Part shown: positions 45,570 through 54,862 of the stretch, piece after piece
How the letters are laid out: each line of letters starts with the position of its first letter
Position numbering within the stretch: position 1 is the stretch's first letter
Virus record (IMG/VR): IMGVR_UViG_3300025030_000126
Span: 1 to 56,768 of that record
DNA: 56,768 bases
Source of the DNA: a virus
Lineage: Duplodnaviria > Caudoviricetes
Direction: 5' to 3' (one strand)
The notes under the pieces: generated by a model
The model's database searches: none
The model's input: only the letters and a program-made list of their open reading frames with translations
What the model was told of the DNA's origin: nothing
Position numbers and translations under genes: made by a program

Positions 45570-48500
45570 ATGAGAGTAAATCCCGGAACCGGCGCACTTG
45601 GTTATGCCAAGCTGTCGTTACAGCAGGCGACCTCATTCCTCGACTTCGCCGAGGTTTTCAAGACCCTCTTCAAGATCAGCATCCCCGGACAGGACCCGCC
45701 GAAGGACCCCAACGACTACAAGAACGAGAACAGCGACTACGGCCTGCTGGTTCGCGGCAAGAAGGCTCGCGAGAAGCTGAACAAGGCGGCCAAGGAAATT
45801 CTCTCCCGCGTGACGAACCCCGCCGACCTCAACGAAGAGGAACGGGCCATCCTGAAGCAGTATTCCGGCAAGGGGGGGCTCTCCGACAACTCCCAGTACG
45901 AATACTACACCCCCCAGCACGTCGCTGAAGGCGTCTGGAGCGGCCTTGTAGCCAACGGCATGAGTAACGGCAACATCCTTGACCCCAGTTGCTTTGTACC
46001 CACAACCTTGGTCAAAACACGCGAGGGCCGTAAACCGATCAGCGAGATACTGAACGGGGATCAGGTTTTCTGCCATGACGGCGGGTACCACGAAGTTGTC
46101 AATCTAGTTTCCCATGACGTTGAGGCAAGCCTTGTTGCTATCGAGGTGTCTGCCTTCCCCTCCCCACTTGAATCAACCTCCGACCATGAACTTTACGCGG
46201 TACAGACTAAAAAATGCACCGCAAGAAAAGACAGGCCATGCCATGTGCAGCAGGGTGAAACGTGCCAGTACCTTCAGAGGTACGGTTCAAAGACACGCAA
46301 GCACCGTTGTGGTGAGCCGTGGAAGTCTTACGTGCCATCGTGGGTGCCCGCTGAAAAACTCCAAATAGGGGATTGCCTTGTCGAAGTTTTTGACCGCACG
46401 GTAGAGGATGTTTCGACGCTGGTTCTATCGGAAGAGCGTACTGCTAATCTGCGCGGGCCACTCTCCATAGACTGCGACATCGCCTTACTTAAAGCCATAG
46501 GCATCTACCTCGCGGAAGGCTTTGTAGACGAAAACTCAGTCATTTTCGCCTTCAGAGAAGATGAAACGGACATGCACGAAGCCCTCATCTCAGCTTTCGA
46601 GCCCCATGGATGGAAAGTCAATGTCGTTGAGAGAGAAAACAACGAGTCTTCGCGCTTCATGGTGCATTCGCGCTCCCTTGTCGGGTTGATGAAGCAGTTC
46701 GGGCGTGGCGCAGAAAATAAAGCTATTCCAGCATGGTGCATGACTCTGCCATTGGAGAAGCAGGCCGCGTTGCTTTGGGGTATTTGGCGGGGCGATGGTA
46801 GCACGAGCAAGGACGGGATCACGGCGGTTGCGTCCGTAAGCAAAGAACTTGCTTTTGGAATAAGGGATATCCTCTATCGTTTTGGAATAGTCCCAAGCGT
46901 GGGGATAAGGACCGCGCTCAAGCCGGAGACCAAGCTCATTTTGGGGCAAACTATTACGCGGCAGTTGCCGATGTATAGTGTCGATATCTACGGGGAGCAT
47001 TTGGAAAATGCGGCAAAGGTTTTCGGTATCCAGCACCCGCAGATCGAAGCCCGCTCGCATACCCGGAACCTGTCTGGAGTAGTTAAAGACGGCATGGTTT
47101 TCCACAAGGTCAAACAGACGTCAAGGTTCGACTATGCCGGGAAGGTTCACGACCTGACAGTCGAGGGCGCACATAGCTATACCGCTGGCCCCTGTACCGT
47201 TCACAACTGCGGCCACGGCATGTTTTCGGCGACCAAACCGGCAGGCATGGTCATCACCGGCTGCGACCTCGACCCCGTGGCATCCAAGGTGGCGCAGCTT
47301 CTCAACGCAGGCGACTCCATCACCAACAAGAGCTTCGAGAAGTTCTGCTCCGACACCCCGGACAACTCCTTCGACGGCTGCTGCACCAACGTGCCCTTCG
47401 GCGACGCCCGTGGGGCCTACAAGTTCGATGACCCCCCCTACAAGAACGAGGGGAAGATTCAACGGTACTTCATCTCCCGGATTCTGGACAAGATCAAGCC
47501 GGGGGGGCTCGCCGTCCTGATCGTTCCTACCGACATCGTAGGGGCCAAGGGCTCGACCGACTGGGCCAAGTGGCGCAACTCCGTTTCCCGCAAGGCCGAG
47601 TTCCTTGGCGCTCACAAGCTCCCTTCCAAAACCTTCGCAGCACAGGGCACCGATACCGTCGTGGACGTGGTTGTCTTCCGCAAGCACCCGCAGAGCCTGC
47701 TGGACATCGTGAACGACCTCTCCTTCGAGACCCTGATGAGTACCAACGTCATCTTTGACGAGTTCATTGCAGGGCGCTACTGGCTGGGCGAGGGGCGGCC
47801 CTTCATCATGGGCAAGTGGGTCCCGAAGATTGCAGGCGACAGGTTCAGCCGGGAAGCCGTGGACGGCGACGTGGACGACGCGGGACTGAAGGCGAAGCTG
47901 GCCTCACGTTTCGTTTCCCGGATCGACTGGGCCGCGCTCGCCGTGGCAGAGCCGGTGCCCCGCAACTACGTGGAAGGCGACCGCAAGGTGATAAACGGCA
48001 TCGAGTGCGAGATGCAGCAGGGCGCATGGACCCGCGTGGCTTCAGTGGACGACAAGGAGGCCCTTGACCCGCAGAAGTACGGCGCTGCCAGCATCGAAGA
48101 GCTGAAGGCTCGCCTCGACTCCCCCAAGGGCTGCCTTTCCTTCACCGCGTACCAGCTCTTCGCCATCTACAAGACCTACCCGGACCTGCTGTCGGCCCTC
48201 GCTTCGGCATCGGTAGAGTTCGCCATGAGCCAGCCCAAGGAAGAGCTGGCGGAACAGCTCTTCAGGGGCTCCATCATCGGCGGAATGATTGCCCGCTATC
48301 AGGATCGGTTCAACAACGGGAGCGCCGACGACTCCGAGCGCCTTGCGCTTCAGGACCTCATCTCAAACGAGATCGACCGCTTCGGGCACCCGAAGAACAA
48401 CCGGGGCATCATGCTCACCGGGGAGTCTTCCAAGATGTTCGGCCTGTTCTCCAACGCCCTTGACGAGAAGGGGAACTTCTCCGACCTCTTGAACGGCACC

Positions 48501-51500
48501 CTTGAGGACTCCGGGCGGCATCTCCAGTACGACTCTACCAACGTGCAGTCGCTGGTGGAACACCTGTTCATCCGGGAAGGCATCCAGACCATCGAGCTTG
48601 ACGACGTGCAGAAGCTCTACACCGGGGGGCTGCCGGTGGCGTCTCTGGGCGACCTCGCCGCCTTCGACAACGTAGCCATCTCCCCGGACGGGATCATCTA
48701 CCCGATGTCCCGCTACTGCTCCGGCGACATCTATCCCAAACTTCAGGCCCTCTACGCCGCCATGGCCGACGAGACCGACGAGCGGATCAAGGCGAAGTAC
48801 ATGCAGATGATCGGGATCATCAACGGCAAGAGGAAGAAGACCAAGCCGGAAGATGTCGCCTTCGACTTCAACCACAAGTGGTACTCCAAGAGCTACGTGC
48901 TGGACTTCCTGAAGGAAAACGGCTACCCGCAAGTCACCTACGGCAGCGAGCAGGAAGTGCAGAAGGAAGACCCCTACTCCGGCAAGATGCGTACCGTGAA
49001 GGAGTGGGTGCAGGACCCGGAGAACCCCTTCGGCTCCTTCCGCATTCTGGGGGGCAAGAAGCCCGCAGGCTTCGACCTCCAGTTCGAGAACTACATGAAC
49101 GGCAAGCCTATCAGGGGCGGCAAGGATGACGACGACGGAGACCTGAAAAAGCAGTATTACGACAACATCAAGAACTTCCGCGAAACCTTCAACATGTGGA
49201 TGCAGCAGCAGCCCAACATTGACGAGCTGGCGGAACAGTACAACATGAAGTTCAACGCCTTCCTCCCCCCTGAGTACGAGATGACCGACTTGGGGCTTCA
49301 GGGAGTCAGCAAGAAGATCGTGCTGCACGGCTACCAGAACGCGGCTATTCGGCGTTTTTCCGAGGAAGGGCGGGGTATCCTCGCCGACGACGTGGGACTG
49401 GGCAAGACGCTCCAGACGCTGGCCCTTGTCAAGTACAACCTCCAGATGGGGCGCAGCAAGAAGACCTGTATCGTGGTTCCCAAGGCGGTCTTCTCCAACT
49501 GGTATCACGAGGCCCGCAACTACTACGAGGGGATGGACGACGCGCTGTTCGTGGGGATGCGCTTTGACCGCGCCAAGGACGGGGTAATCCTTCAGGAGCC
49601 GGTTCTCGATGAGGCAGGGAACCAGAAGATCAACAAGTACACCAACGAGGCCATGTGGCAGGACAAGATAGCCTCCGGGGAGTTCGACGCCACGGAAGTC
49701 TATGACGACATGTGGCAGATTCCGCAGAGCAACGTGAAGCTCGTGGTGATGACCTACGAGAAGTTCAAGAGCATACCGCTCCGGCCCGACACGAAACAGG
49801 GGTTCATCGACAAGTGGAGCCAGCGCGGCCTGCTCTCCAAACAGGCCATCAAGGCCAACTCCGAAGGGAAGGACGACGAGGTAGGCGACGAGAAGAGCCT
49901 GAACTACAACGAGGTCAAGCAGGTAGAACGCGCCGAGGGCAAGTTCGCCGATACCGGGGCCAAGAAGGGGGAGCTGCCGTACTTCGAGGACATGGGCTTC
50001 ACCGACGTGATAACCGACGAATTCCACTCCTACAAGAACAGCTTCGAGGCAGGCGAAGAGGCCAGCCGCCTTGCCTACGTCTCTACCGCCCCGGCGTCAC
50101 AGCGCGGGCTCGACATGCAGATGAAAATGGGGCACATCCGGGCGACCAACAACGACCGGGGCTCCTACGGGCTCACGGCGACGCCCGTCACTAACTCCCC
50201 GGTGGAAATCTTCAACATGCTGGCCTACGTCATGCCGCTGGAGGAATTCGAGCGGTTCGGCGTCTTCACCCCCGACGACTTTATCCGGGTCTTTGGACAG
50301 AAGGACATCGTGGACAAGATGACCATCGCCAACGAGACCAAGGCGACGGAAGGGCTTGTCGGCTTCCAGAACCTCGACGGGCTCCGCAACATCTTCCACA
50401 AATACTGCCTGCTTCGCACGGCAAAGGACGTGGACCTCGATCTTCCCCCCAGCGAGGAATTCCACGAGGAAGCAATCCTCACCGACGAGCAGCAGGGTAT
50501 CTATGACGAGCTGAAGGAAGAGGCCAAGGCCGCGACCAAGGATGACAGCTCGAAGTTCTCCGGCGACCCCCGCCCCGTCTTCTCCATCATCCGTGACATG
50601 GAGCAGGTTTCCATGGACCCGGACATCTTCCACAGACGGATGACCTTTCACTTCGCCAAGGGGGATCAGGAGAAGGTAAAGCAGCTTTTGAAGATCATCC
50701 CGCAGGAAGTCTCCGTCCGGGTCACTCCCCGCGTGGGCGACCCGGAGTATGACCTCGAAAGGGCCGAGATGGGCGAGCCCCAGAAAGCGGTGAGCCGTAT
50801 CTACCGCCTGCTAGATTCGCTGGAGACGGACCTGAAGGGGGATGTCTTCATCGTGCGCCTTGCCGACGCCTTCGAGCCGTTCCTGATGGACGCCAAGAAG
50901 CTCCGGGACGTGAAGCTCGACGTGGGCACCGTGGGGCACCCGCTCACCCCGAAATACGCCCTGCTGGTGGACAGGGTGCAGAAGATCCACGAGTTGGGCG
51001 GCAAACAGATCATCTTCAGCGATGAGAAGGCCCAACATCAAAAGGTGGCGCGTATCCTCACCCACTATCTGCCGATGCTCCGGAGCAAGATCGGCATCAT
51101 CAACGCCGACGAGGCGAAGGGGAGCGAGCTTCAGCGGATCAGCGACCGCTACAACTCCGGGGAATACTCCATGGTCATCTGTAACCAGAAGGCCGAAGTG
51201 GGCGTCAACCTCCAGAAAGGGACCCGCGCAATCCATCACCTTACCTTCCCGTGGACCCCTTCCAGCATCCAGCAGCGCAACGGGCGCGGGGTCAGGCAGG
51301 GCAACGAGGCCGACAACATCAAGATTTACTACTATCAGGGCAAGGGCTCCTTCGACGCCTACCGCCTGCACCTGATAAGCAAGAAAGCAGGGTGGATTGG
51401 CGACATCTTCCGCTCCGACTCATCGACCGCCGCCAACGCCAATGCCGCGAGCGCCGACGAAATCCGGTTCATGTTCGAGGACAACCCGGAAGAGGCCAAG

Positions 51501-53108
51501 CGGAAGTACATGGAAGTGGAAGCCAAGAAGGCGGAAAAGGCCAAGGCGCAGGCCAAGGCCCGCCTCGTGAACCAGTTGCAGGTTCTGGCCTCCAACGCCT
51601 CCGTGCTGCCACGCCTCGACGCGGCCAAGGAAGAAGACCGCGTAAAATACACCGCCGACATTGACAAGCTCAAGAACCAGATAGCCAACCTGCGCGACCG
51701 GGGCATGAGACTGGAAGAGGGGAGCGACGACCGCAAGGAAATATCCAAAACGATCCAGAACAAACAGGACACGCTGGATAGGACCCAGTGGAAGCTGGAC
51801 AATCTGGATTCTTCCTACGACAGACAGAAGGCCGAAGTACAGTCCCGGATCAACAAGATCACCCTCGAACTCCGGGTCAAGGCGCAAAAGGGGGAGCTTT
51901 CCTTCGATGAGAAGCTGATCGACAACCCCGGCAACTGCGTGGTGACGCCCAAGGGGATAGTCCTTACCGTGGGCGACATGTACGAGTTCGAGTACGGCTA
52001 CGGCGGCAAGACCGTCATCAAGGTCATCGAAGTGAATTCTGCTTCGAGGGGATTCAAGGCCGACGCCTTGCTGGGCCAGCTCAACTGGAATTCCATACCC
52101 AAGCAGTCGGATAATGATTGGTACGACGTGCAGGACTTCATTGCCGACCGTTCCCCGGTCAAGGTCTCCTACTCCGAAAAGGAAATGGCGCTCCAGAAAC
52201 TTCTCAGTCAGGAGTGGCGCTATGCCGACCTGCTCCGGGGCGACCTCGACAAGGAGACCTTCACCGAGCATTATGATAAAATCCGTTTCTACAGCTACGA
52301 TGGTTTCGTGCTGAGAGGGGCGCAGGGGATACTGTTCGGCAAGCCTCAGACGGGCCTGACGGTCTCTTATCCCGACGAAAAGAACGAGGCATGGAAGAAG
52401 GAGGTATGCGAGGCGTATCTCGCGCTGAAGCGGGCGAATCGCGCCTACGAGGCTAATAGCGTCATGAAGCTGATATTCGGCTACGCCTACGATGCCGTCG
52501 CCAGCGAGTACGGCAGGAAAGCAACCGAAGCAGAGGTATTGACGGCATGCTCGACCGCATGGCAGACGTACCTGAAAGAGTCAGGGTATGCCACACAGCC
52601 CGTCATTCCCGGCGTAGCCGTGGTAAGGGCTGCCGGTGACATCAAAGTGGCGGCACAGGCCCTTGGCGATAACACGAGCGAGATAAACACCATCGCCGAA
52701 CGGTACATGAACAGCCTCAAGGAAGACTTGAGGGCCAAGGAAGCGCAGGCGCGTGAGGAAGCCGAGCGGCTCGCACTGGAAGCCATCAAGAACGACCCCA
52801 ACTTCAAAGAGGTCCCGGAGCAGGTAAAAGCTGCTTTCCTCGCCTTGGGGATCACCGTCAAGACCAACAACACCAACGTGGTCATCCCCGGCTACAAGGG
52901 CCGCCCCGGCAAGAGCCATGCCCCCTTCACGAGCTGGTTCTTTCAGGACAGGAACGGCTTCAACGGGGTGCTGAGAAGGGTAAGCCCCATGATGAAAACC
53001 CGTTGGTCCGCGCAGTTCTTCTCCGAAACAGGCGGCGACTTCAACGGCGCATGGTGGTACGTGCCCATTTCTACCGACCTTGCCGAGGTTTACAAGCTGA
53101 TGGCGTAA
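45570..53108 (+). CDS. darB: DarB: N6-adenine DNA methyltransferase + SNF2-type helicase, intein-containing
   Basis: YSG.GG...S.YEYYTP, LDPS/CG.G, NVPFG; DVGLGKT, DEFH, LTATP, Q..GRG.RQGN; followed by ulx. Confidence 0.95.
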   Translation: MRVNPGTGALGYAKLSLQQATSFLDFAEVFKTLFKISIPGQDPPKDPNDYKNENSDYGLLVRGKKAREKLNKAAKEILSRVTNPADLNEEERAILKQYSGKGGLSDNSQYEYYTPQHVAEGVWSGLVANGMSNGNILDPSCFVPTTLVKTREGRKPISEILNGDQVFCHDGGYHEVVNLVSHDVEASLVAIEVSAFPSPLESTSDHELYAVQTKKCTARKDRPCHVQQGETCQYLQRYGSKTRKHRCGEPWKSYVPSWVPAEKLQIGDCLVEVFDRTVEDVSTLVLSEERTANLRGPLSIDCDIALLKAIGIYLAEGFVDENSVIFAFREDETDMHEALISAFEPHGWKVNVVERENNESSRFMVHSRSLVGLMKQFGRGAENKAIPAWCMTLPLEKQAALLWGIWRGDGSTSKDGITAVASVSKELAFGIRDILYRFGIVPSVGIRTALKPETKLILGQTITRQLPMYSVDIYGEHLENAAKVFGIQHPQIEARSHTRNLSGVVKDGMVFHKVKQTSRFDYAGKVHDLTVEGAHSYTAGPCTVHNCGHGMFSATKPAGMVITGCDLDPVASKVAQLLNAGDSITNKSFEKFCSDTPDNSFDGCCTNVPFGDARGAYKFDDPPYKNEGKIQRYFISRILDKIKPGGLAVLIVPTDIVGAKGSTDWAKWRNSVSRKAEFLGAHKLPSKTFAAQGTDTVVDVVVFRKHPQSLLDIVNDLSFETLMSTNVIFDEFIAGRYWLGEGRPFIMGKWVPKIAGDRFSREAVDGDVDDAGLKAKLASRFVSRIDWAALAVAEPVPRNYVEGDRKVINGIECEMQQGAWTRVASVDDKEALDPQKYGAASIEELKARLDSPKGCLSFTAYQLFAIYKTYPDLLSALASASVEFAMSQPKEELAEQLFRGSIIGGMIARYQDRFNNGSADDSERLALQDLISNEIDRFGHPKNNRGIMLTGESSKMFGLFSNALDEKGNFSDLLNGTLEDSGRHLQYDSTNVQSLVEHLFIREGIQTIELDDVQKLYTGGLPVASLGDLAAFDNVAISPDGIIYPMSRYCSGDIYPKLQALYAAMADETDERIKAKYMQMIGIINGKRKKTKPEDVAFDFNHKWYSKSYVLDFLKENGYPQVTYGSEQEVQKEDPYSGKMRTVKEWVQDPENPFGSFRILGGKKPAGFDLQFENYMNGKPIRGGKDDDDGDLKKQYYDNIKNFRETFNMWMQQQPNIDELAEQYNMKFNAFLPPEYEMTDLGLQGVSKKIVLHGYQNAAIRRFSEEGRGILADDVGLGKTLQTLALVKYNLQMGRSKKTCIVVPKAVFSNWYHEARNYYEGMDDALFVGMRFDRAKDGVILQEPVLDEAGNQKINKYTNEAMWQDKIASGEFDATEVYDDMWQIPQSNVKLVVMTYEKFKSIPLRPDTKQGFIDKWSQRGLLSKQAIKANSEGKDDEVGDEKSLNYNEVKQVERAEGKFADTGAKKGELPYFEDMGFTDVITDEFHSYKNSFEAGEEASRLAYVSTAPASQRGLDMQMKMGHIRATNNDRGSYGLTATPVTNSPVEIFNMLAYVMPLEEFERFGVFTPDDFIRVFGQKDIVDKMTIANETKATEGLVGFQNLDGLRNIFHKYCLLRTAKDVDLDLPPSEEFHEEAILTDEQQGIYDELKEEAKAATKDDSSKFSGDPRPVFSIIRDMEQVSMDPDIFHRRMTFHFAKGDQEKVKQLLKIIPQEVSVRVTPRVGDPEYDLERAEMGEPQKAVSRIYRLLDSLETDLKGDVFIVRLADAFEPFLMDAKKLRDVKLDVGTVGHPLTPKYALLVDRVQKIHELGGKQIIFSDEKAQHQKVARILTHYLPMLRSKIGIINADEAKGSELQRISDRYNSGEYSMVICNQKAEVGVNLQKGTRAIHHLTFPWTPSSIQQRNGRGVRQGNEADNIKIYYYQGKGSFDAYRLHLISKKAGWIGDIFRSDSSTAANANAASADEIRFMFEDNPEEAKRKYMEVEAKKAEKAKAQAKARLVNQLQVLASNASVLPRLDAAKEEDRVKYTADIDKLKNQIANLRDRGMRLEEGSDDRKEISKTIQNKQDTLDRTQWKLDNLDSSYDRQKAEVQSRINKITLELRVKAQKGELSFDEKLIDNPGNCVVTPKGIVLTVGDMYEFEYGYGGKTVIKVIEVNSASRGFKADALLGQLNWNSIPKQSDNDWYDVQDFIADRSPVKVSYSEKEMALQKLLSQEWRYADLLRGDLDKETFTEHYDKIRFYSYDGFVLRGAQGILFGKPQTGLTVSYPDEKNEAWKKEVCEAYLALKRANRAYEANSVMKLIFGYAYDAVASEYGRKATEAEVLTACSTAWQTYLKESGYATQPVIPGVAVVRAAGDIKVAAQALGDNTSEINTIAERYMNSLKEDLRAKEAQAREEAERLALEAIKNDPNFKEVPEQVKAAFLALGITVKTNNTNVVIPGYKGRPGKSHAPFTSWFFQDRNGFNGVLRRVSPMMKTRWSAQFFSETGGDFNGAWWYVPISTDLAEVYKLMA
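45990..47207 (+). mobile_element. intein (406 aa) with LAGLIDADG homing endonuclease
   Basis: Starts CFVPTTLV, block B STSDHEL, IGIYLAEG and WGIWRGDG motifs, ends VHDLTVEGAHSY...VHN|C; removal restores ILDPSCGHG; lower GC3. Confidence 0.95.
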
Positions 53109-53113
53109 TAATC

Positions 53114-53144
53114 TGTTTGACAGATAAACAAAAGATGATAAATT
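53114..53144 (+). promoter_or_regulatory. sigma70-type promoter upstream of ulx with TGTTTGACAGATAA box
   Basis: TTGACA-N16-TAAATT with TG extension. Confidence 0.65.
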
Positions 53145-53165
53145 TGCGACAAGGGGGATGCAGAT

Positions 53166-53570
53166 ATGATCTATAAACCGAAAGCCGAAGAATTAAATGC
53201 CATGCTGGCTGAATCGGGCCAAGCCCGCGACATGTGGGCTGAAGGATTCCTGGCAGTGGTCAAGCGCGTCCTTCTCAAGGACCCGCTGCGCTATCGCAGC
53301 TTTGGCCCGTGGTGGTGGCTGGTCAAGGCGGCGTTTTTGAAACGCGACGAGGCCGCCTTTGGGCAGACCATGGAGGACGCCTGGACCGAGAGTATGACCT
53401 ATGGCGACGAGACCCTGGACCTGTTGGCAGCGTTTGCCTATCAGGACGCGCAGATAGGGCGCGGGATCATGCGCGAGGCGCAGCACGTCCTTGATACGGA
53501 CGATGACCCGATCAAATTCTTCTCCAATGACGAAGATATGGAGCAGAGAGCGGCGGTCAAAAGGCCGTAA
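53166..53570 (+). CDS. ulx: Ulx homolog (Dar system accessory)
   Basis: FL.....LLK.P..YRS.GP.W...K...L......FG, Y....L.L.AA..Y; downstream of darB. Confidence 0.88.
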   Translation: MIYKPKAEELNAMLAESGQARDMWAEGFLAVVKRVLLKDPLRYRSFGPWWWLVKAAFLKRDEAAFGQTMEDAWTESMTYGDETLDLLAAFAYQDAQIGRGIMREAQHVLDTDDDPIKFFSNDEDMEQRAAVKRP

Positions 53571-53596
53571 CGAAAACCGGGATAGTTGATAACAGG

Positions 53597-53626
53597 AGGG
53601 GAGCGTGAAAGCGTTCCCCTTTTTTT
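53597..53626 (+). terminator. intrinsic terminator ending dar operon
   Basis: AGGGGAGCGT-GAAA-GCGTTCCCCT + T-run. Confidence 0.88.
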
Positions 53627-53632
53627 GTGTAT

Positions 53633-53667
53633 TATTTGTTTGACAGATAATCCAAAGGGTGTATATT
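53633..53667 (+). promoter_or_regulatory. sigma70-type promoter with TGTTTGACAGATAA box
   Basis: TTGACA-N16-TATATT with TG extension. Confidence 0.8.
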
Positions 53668-53670
53668 TGG

Positions 53671-53868
53671 GCTGTAACTGGCAGCAAATGCTGAAAGGCT
53701 AAAATCTCAAGTACCGAGCGAGTAACCCTTGAGCCTCACGAGGCAATAGTGGGCGAACGCAGCCGAAGCGGTAGAGTAGGCAACAGCCGGAGACAGAAAC
53801 GGGGGGGAGACCCCCGGCCAGTTCTACCAATAACAGCTCCGGGGTGGAGGGTGGGCCTTTGCCCCGGA
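53671..53868 (+). ncRNA. candidate multi-helix leader/ncRNA, family unknown
   Basis: Starts right after the -10; closing AACTGGC/GCCAGTT helix, several internal hairpins, GGGGG-GAGA-CCCCC; no credible ORF. Confidence 0.6.
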
Positions 53869-53891
53869 AGCACAACGCAAGGAGGAAGGCC

Positions 53892-54227
53892 ATGATTAGC
53901 TTCAAGACGAATGGCGTAGACAAGGGACTTATCAAGGCGATAGTGGCACGGGCCGTTGCAGACGGGCTTGCTGAAGCCGAGAACTCCATTAACGTGAGCA
54001 TGAGCATCACCGCTTGCCATTGCAACGGCTGCCCATTGAAGTTGCAGGAGCTGCTGAACGCCGACGGGTTCAACTTCGCTCATGACCTCTTTGGCATCGA
54101 CCGTAACGTGAGCCATACTACCGGCAAGCTCAAGAACCATTTCCTCCCCCGCTACGCCAAGCCTGGAAGCGCCGTGGAGATCGGCACCGCGATTCACAAG
54201 GCCATTCTGGAGGGAGAAGCGGCATGA
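53892..54227 (+). CDS. conserved phage protein (DUF6874-like)
   Basis: M.ITACH.NGCPL.L..LL.AD.FNFAHD.FGI......TGKL.N.FLPR. Confidence 0.8.
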   Translation: MISFKTNGVDKGLIKAIVARAVADGLAEAENSINVSMSITACHCNGCPLKLQELLNADGFNFAHDLFGIDRNVSHTTGKLKNHFLPRYAKPGSAVEIGTAIHKAILEGEAA

Positions 54228-54676
54228 TTACCATCAAAGAGATCAGGCAGCTTATCGGGCAGGACGCCGAGCATGAAATTAAGGATTTCACCAAGCTCGT
54301 GAACCTTGGCGTGAACATGGGATGGCTCAAGAGGGCCGCGCCTTCCGTCGTAGAATTGACCGAGGAAGGGGCGCTTGCCTCGAAGCGCGTAGATGACAAG
54401 TGCCGCGTCAAACACCTGCGCTGCGCCTGCTGCGGGTCCGATGCTCCGGCGTTTCTCCAGTGGTTCAATCAGGATACCGGCTATGGGCTTTGCCCACGCT
54501 GTAACGGCAAGATCGCTATCAAGGAGGGCGTGGAGTACGTCCGGCGCACCTACGGACAGCCGGGGGTGCATCACTCCATTGACATCACCGGGACGCTCGT
54601 GCCGGGGGACCACAGCGAGTGCGGCCCCGACTGCTGCATTACCGGCGACCGCTGCGACGGGAGCCACCTGCAATGA
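54224..54676 (+). CDS. Zn-finger hypothetical protein
   Basis: C.CCG.....QWFNQDTGYGLCPRC; ATGA overlap. Confidence 0.75.
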   Translation: MITIKEIRQLIGQDAEHEIKDFTKLVNLGVNMGWLKRAAPSVVELTEEGALASKRVDDKCRVKHLRCACCGSDAPAFLQWFNQDTGYGLCPRCNGKIAIKEGVEYVRRTYGQPGVHHSIDITGTLVPGDHSECGPDCCITGDRCDGSHLQ

Positions 54677-54810
54677 GAATCATCATGGTCAAAATCACCG
54701 ACCCGAAGCCCTGCATTCAGTGCGAGAGGATCATCCAGATCGGCGAGTGGGCGCAGGCCCACGGCAGCACGGGTTTTTCTTGCGCGACATGCGGAGCGGG
54801 GAATGCTTAA
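54673..54810 (+). CDS. small CxxC-CxxC protein
   Basis: ATGA overlap; CIQC..CATC. Confidence 0.5.
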   Translation: MRIIMVKITDPKPCIQCERIIQIGEWAQAHGSTGFSCATCGAGNA

Positions 54811-54862
54811 TGACGGCAGCTATTTTCGAAGGCCATGAGCCCAATACATAGGAGAGACAGCG

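Noticed and set aside
53685-53805. Group I intron resemblance (P/Q/R-like words AAATGCTGAAAG, CGCAGCCGAAG, GAGACAG)
   Set aside because: P4 pairing is poor, no S element or P7 partner is found downstream, and no interrupted gene; kept only as an unknown structured RNA
54202-54215. ILEG motif at the end of the DUF6874-like protein
   Set aside because: Non-structural early gene; probably a chance match, which illustrates the motif's background rate
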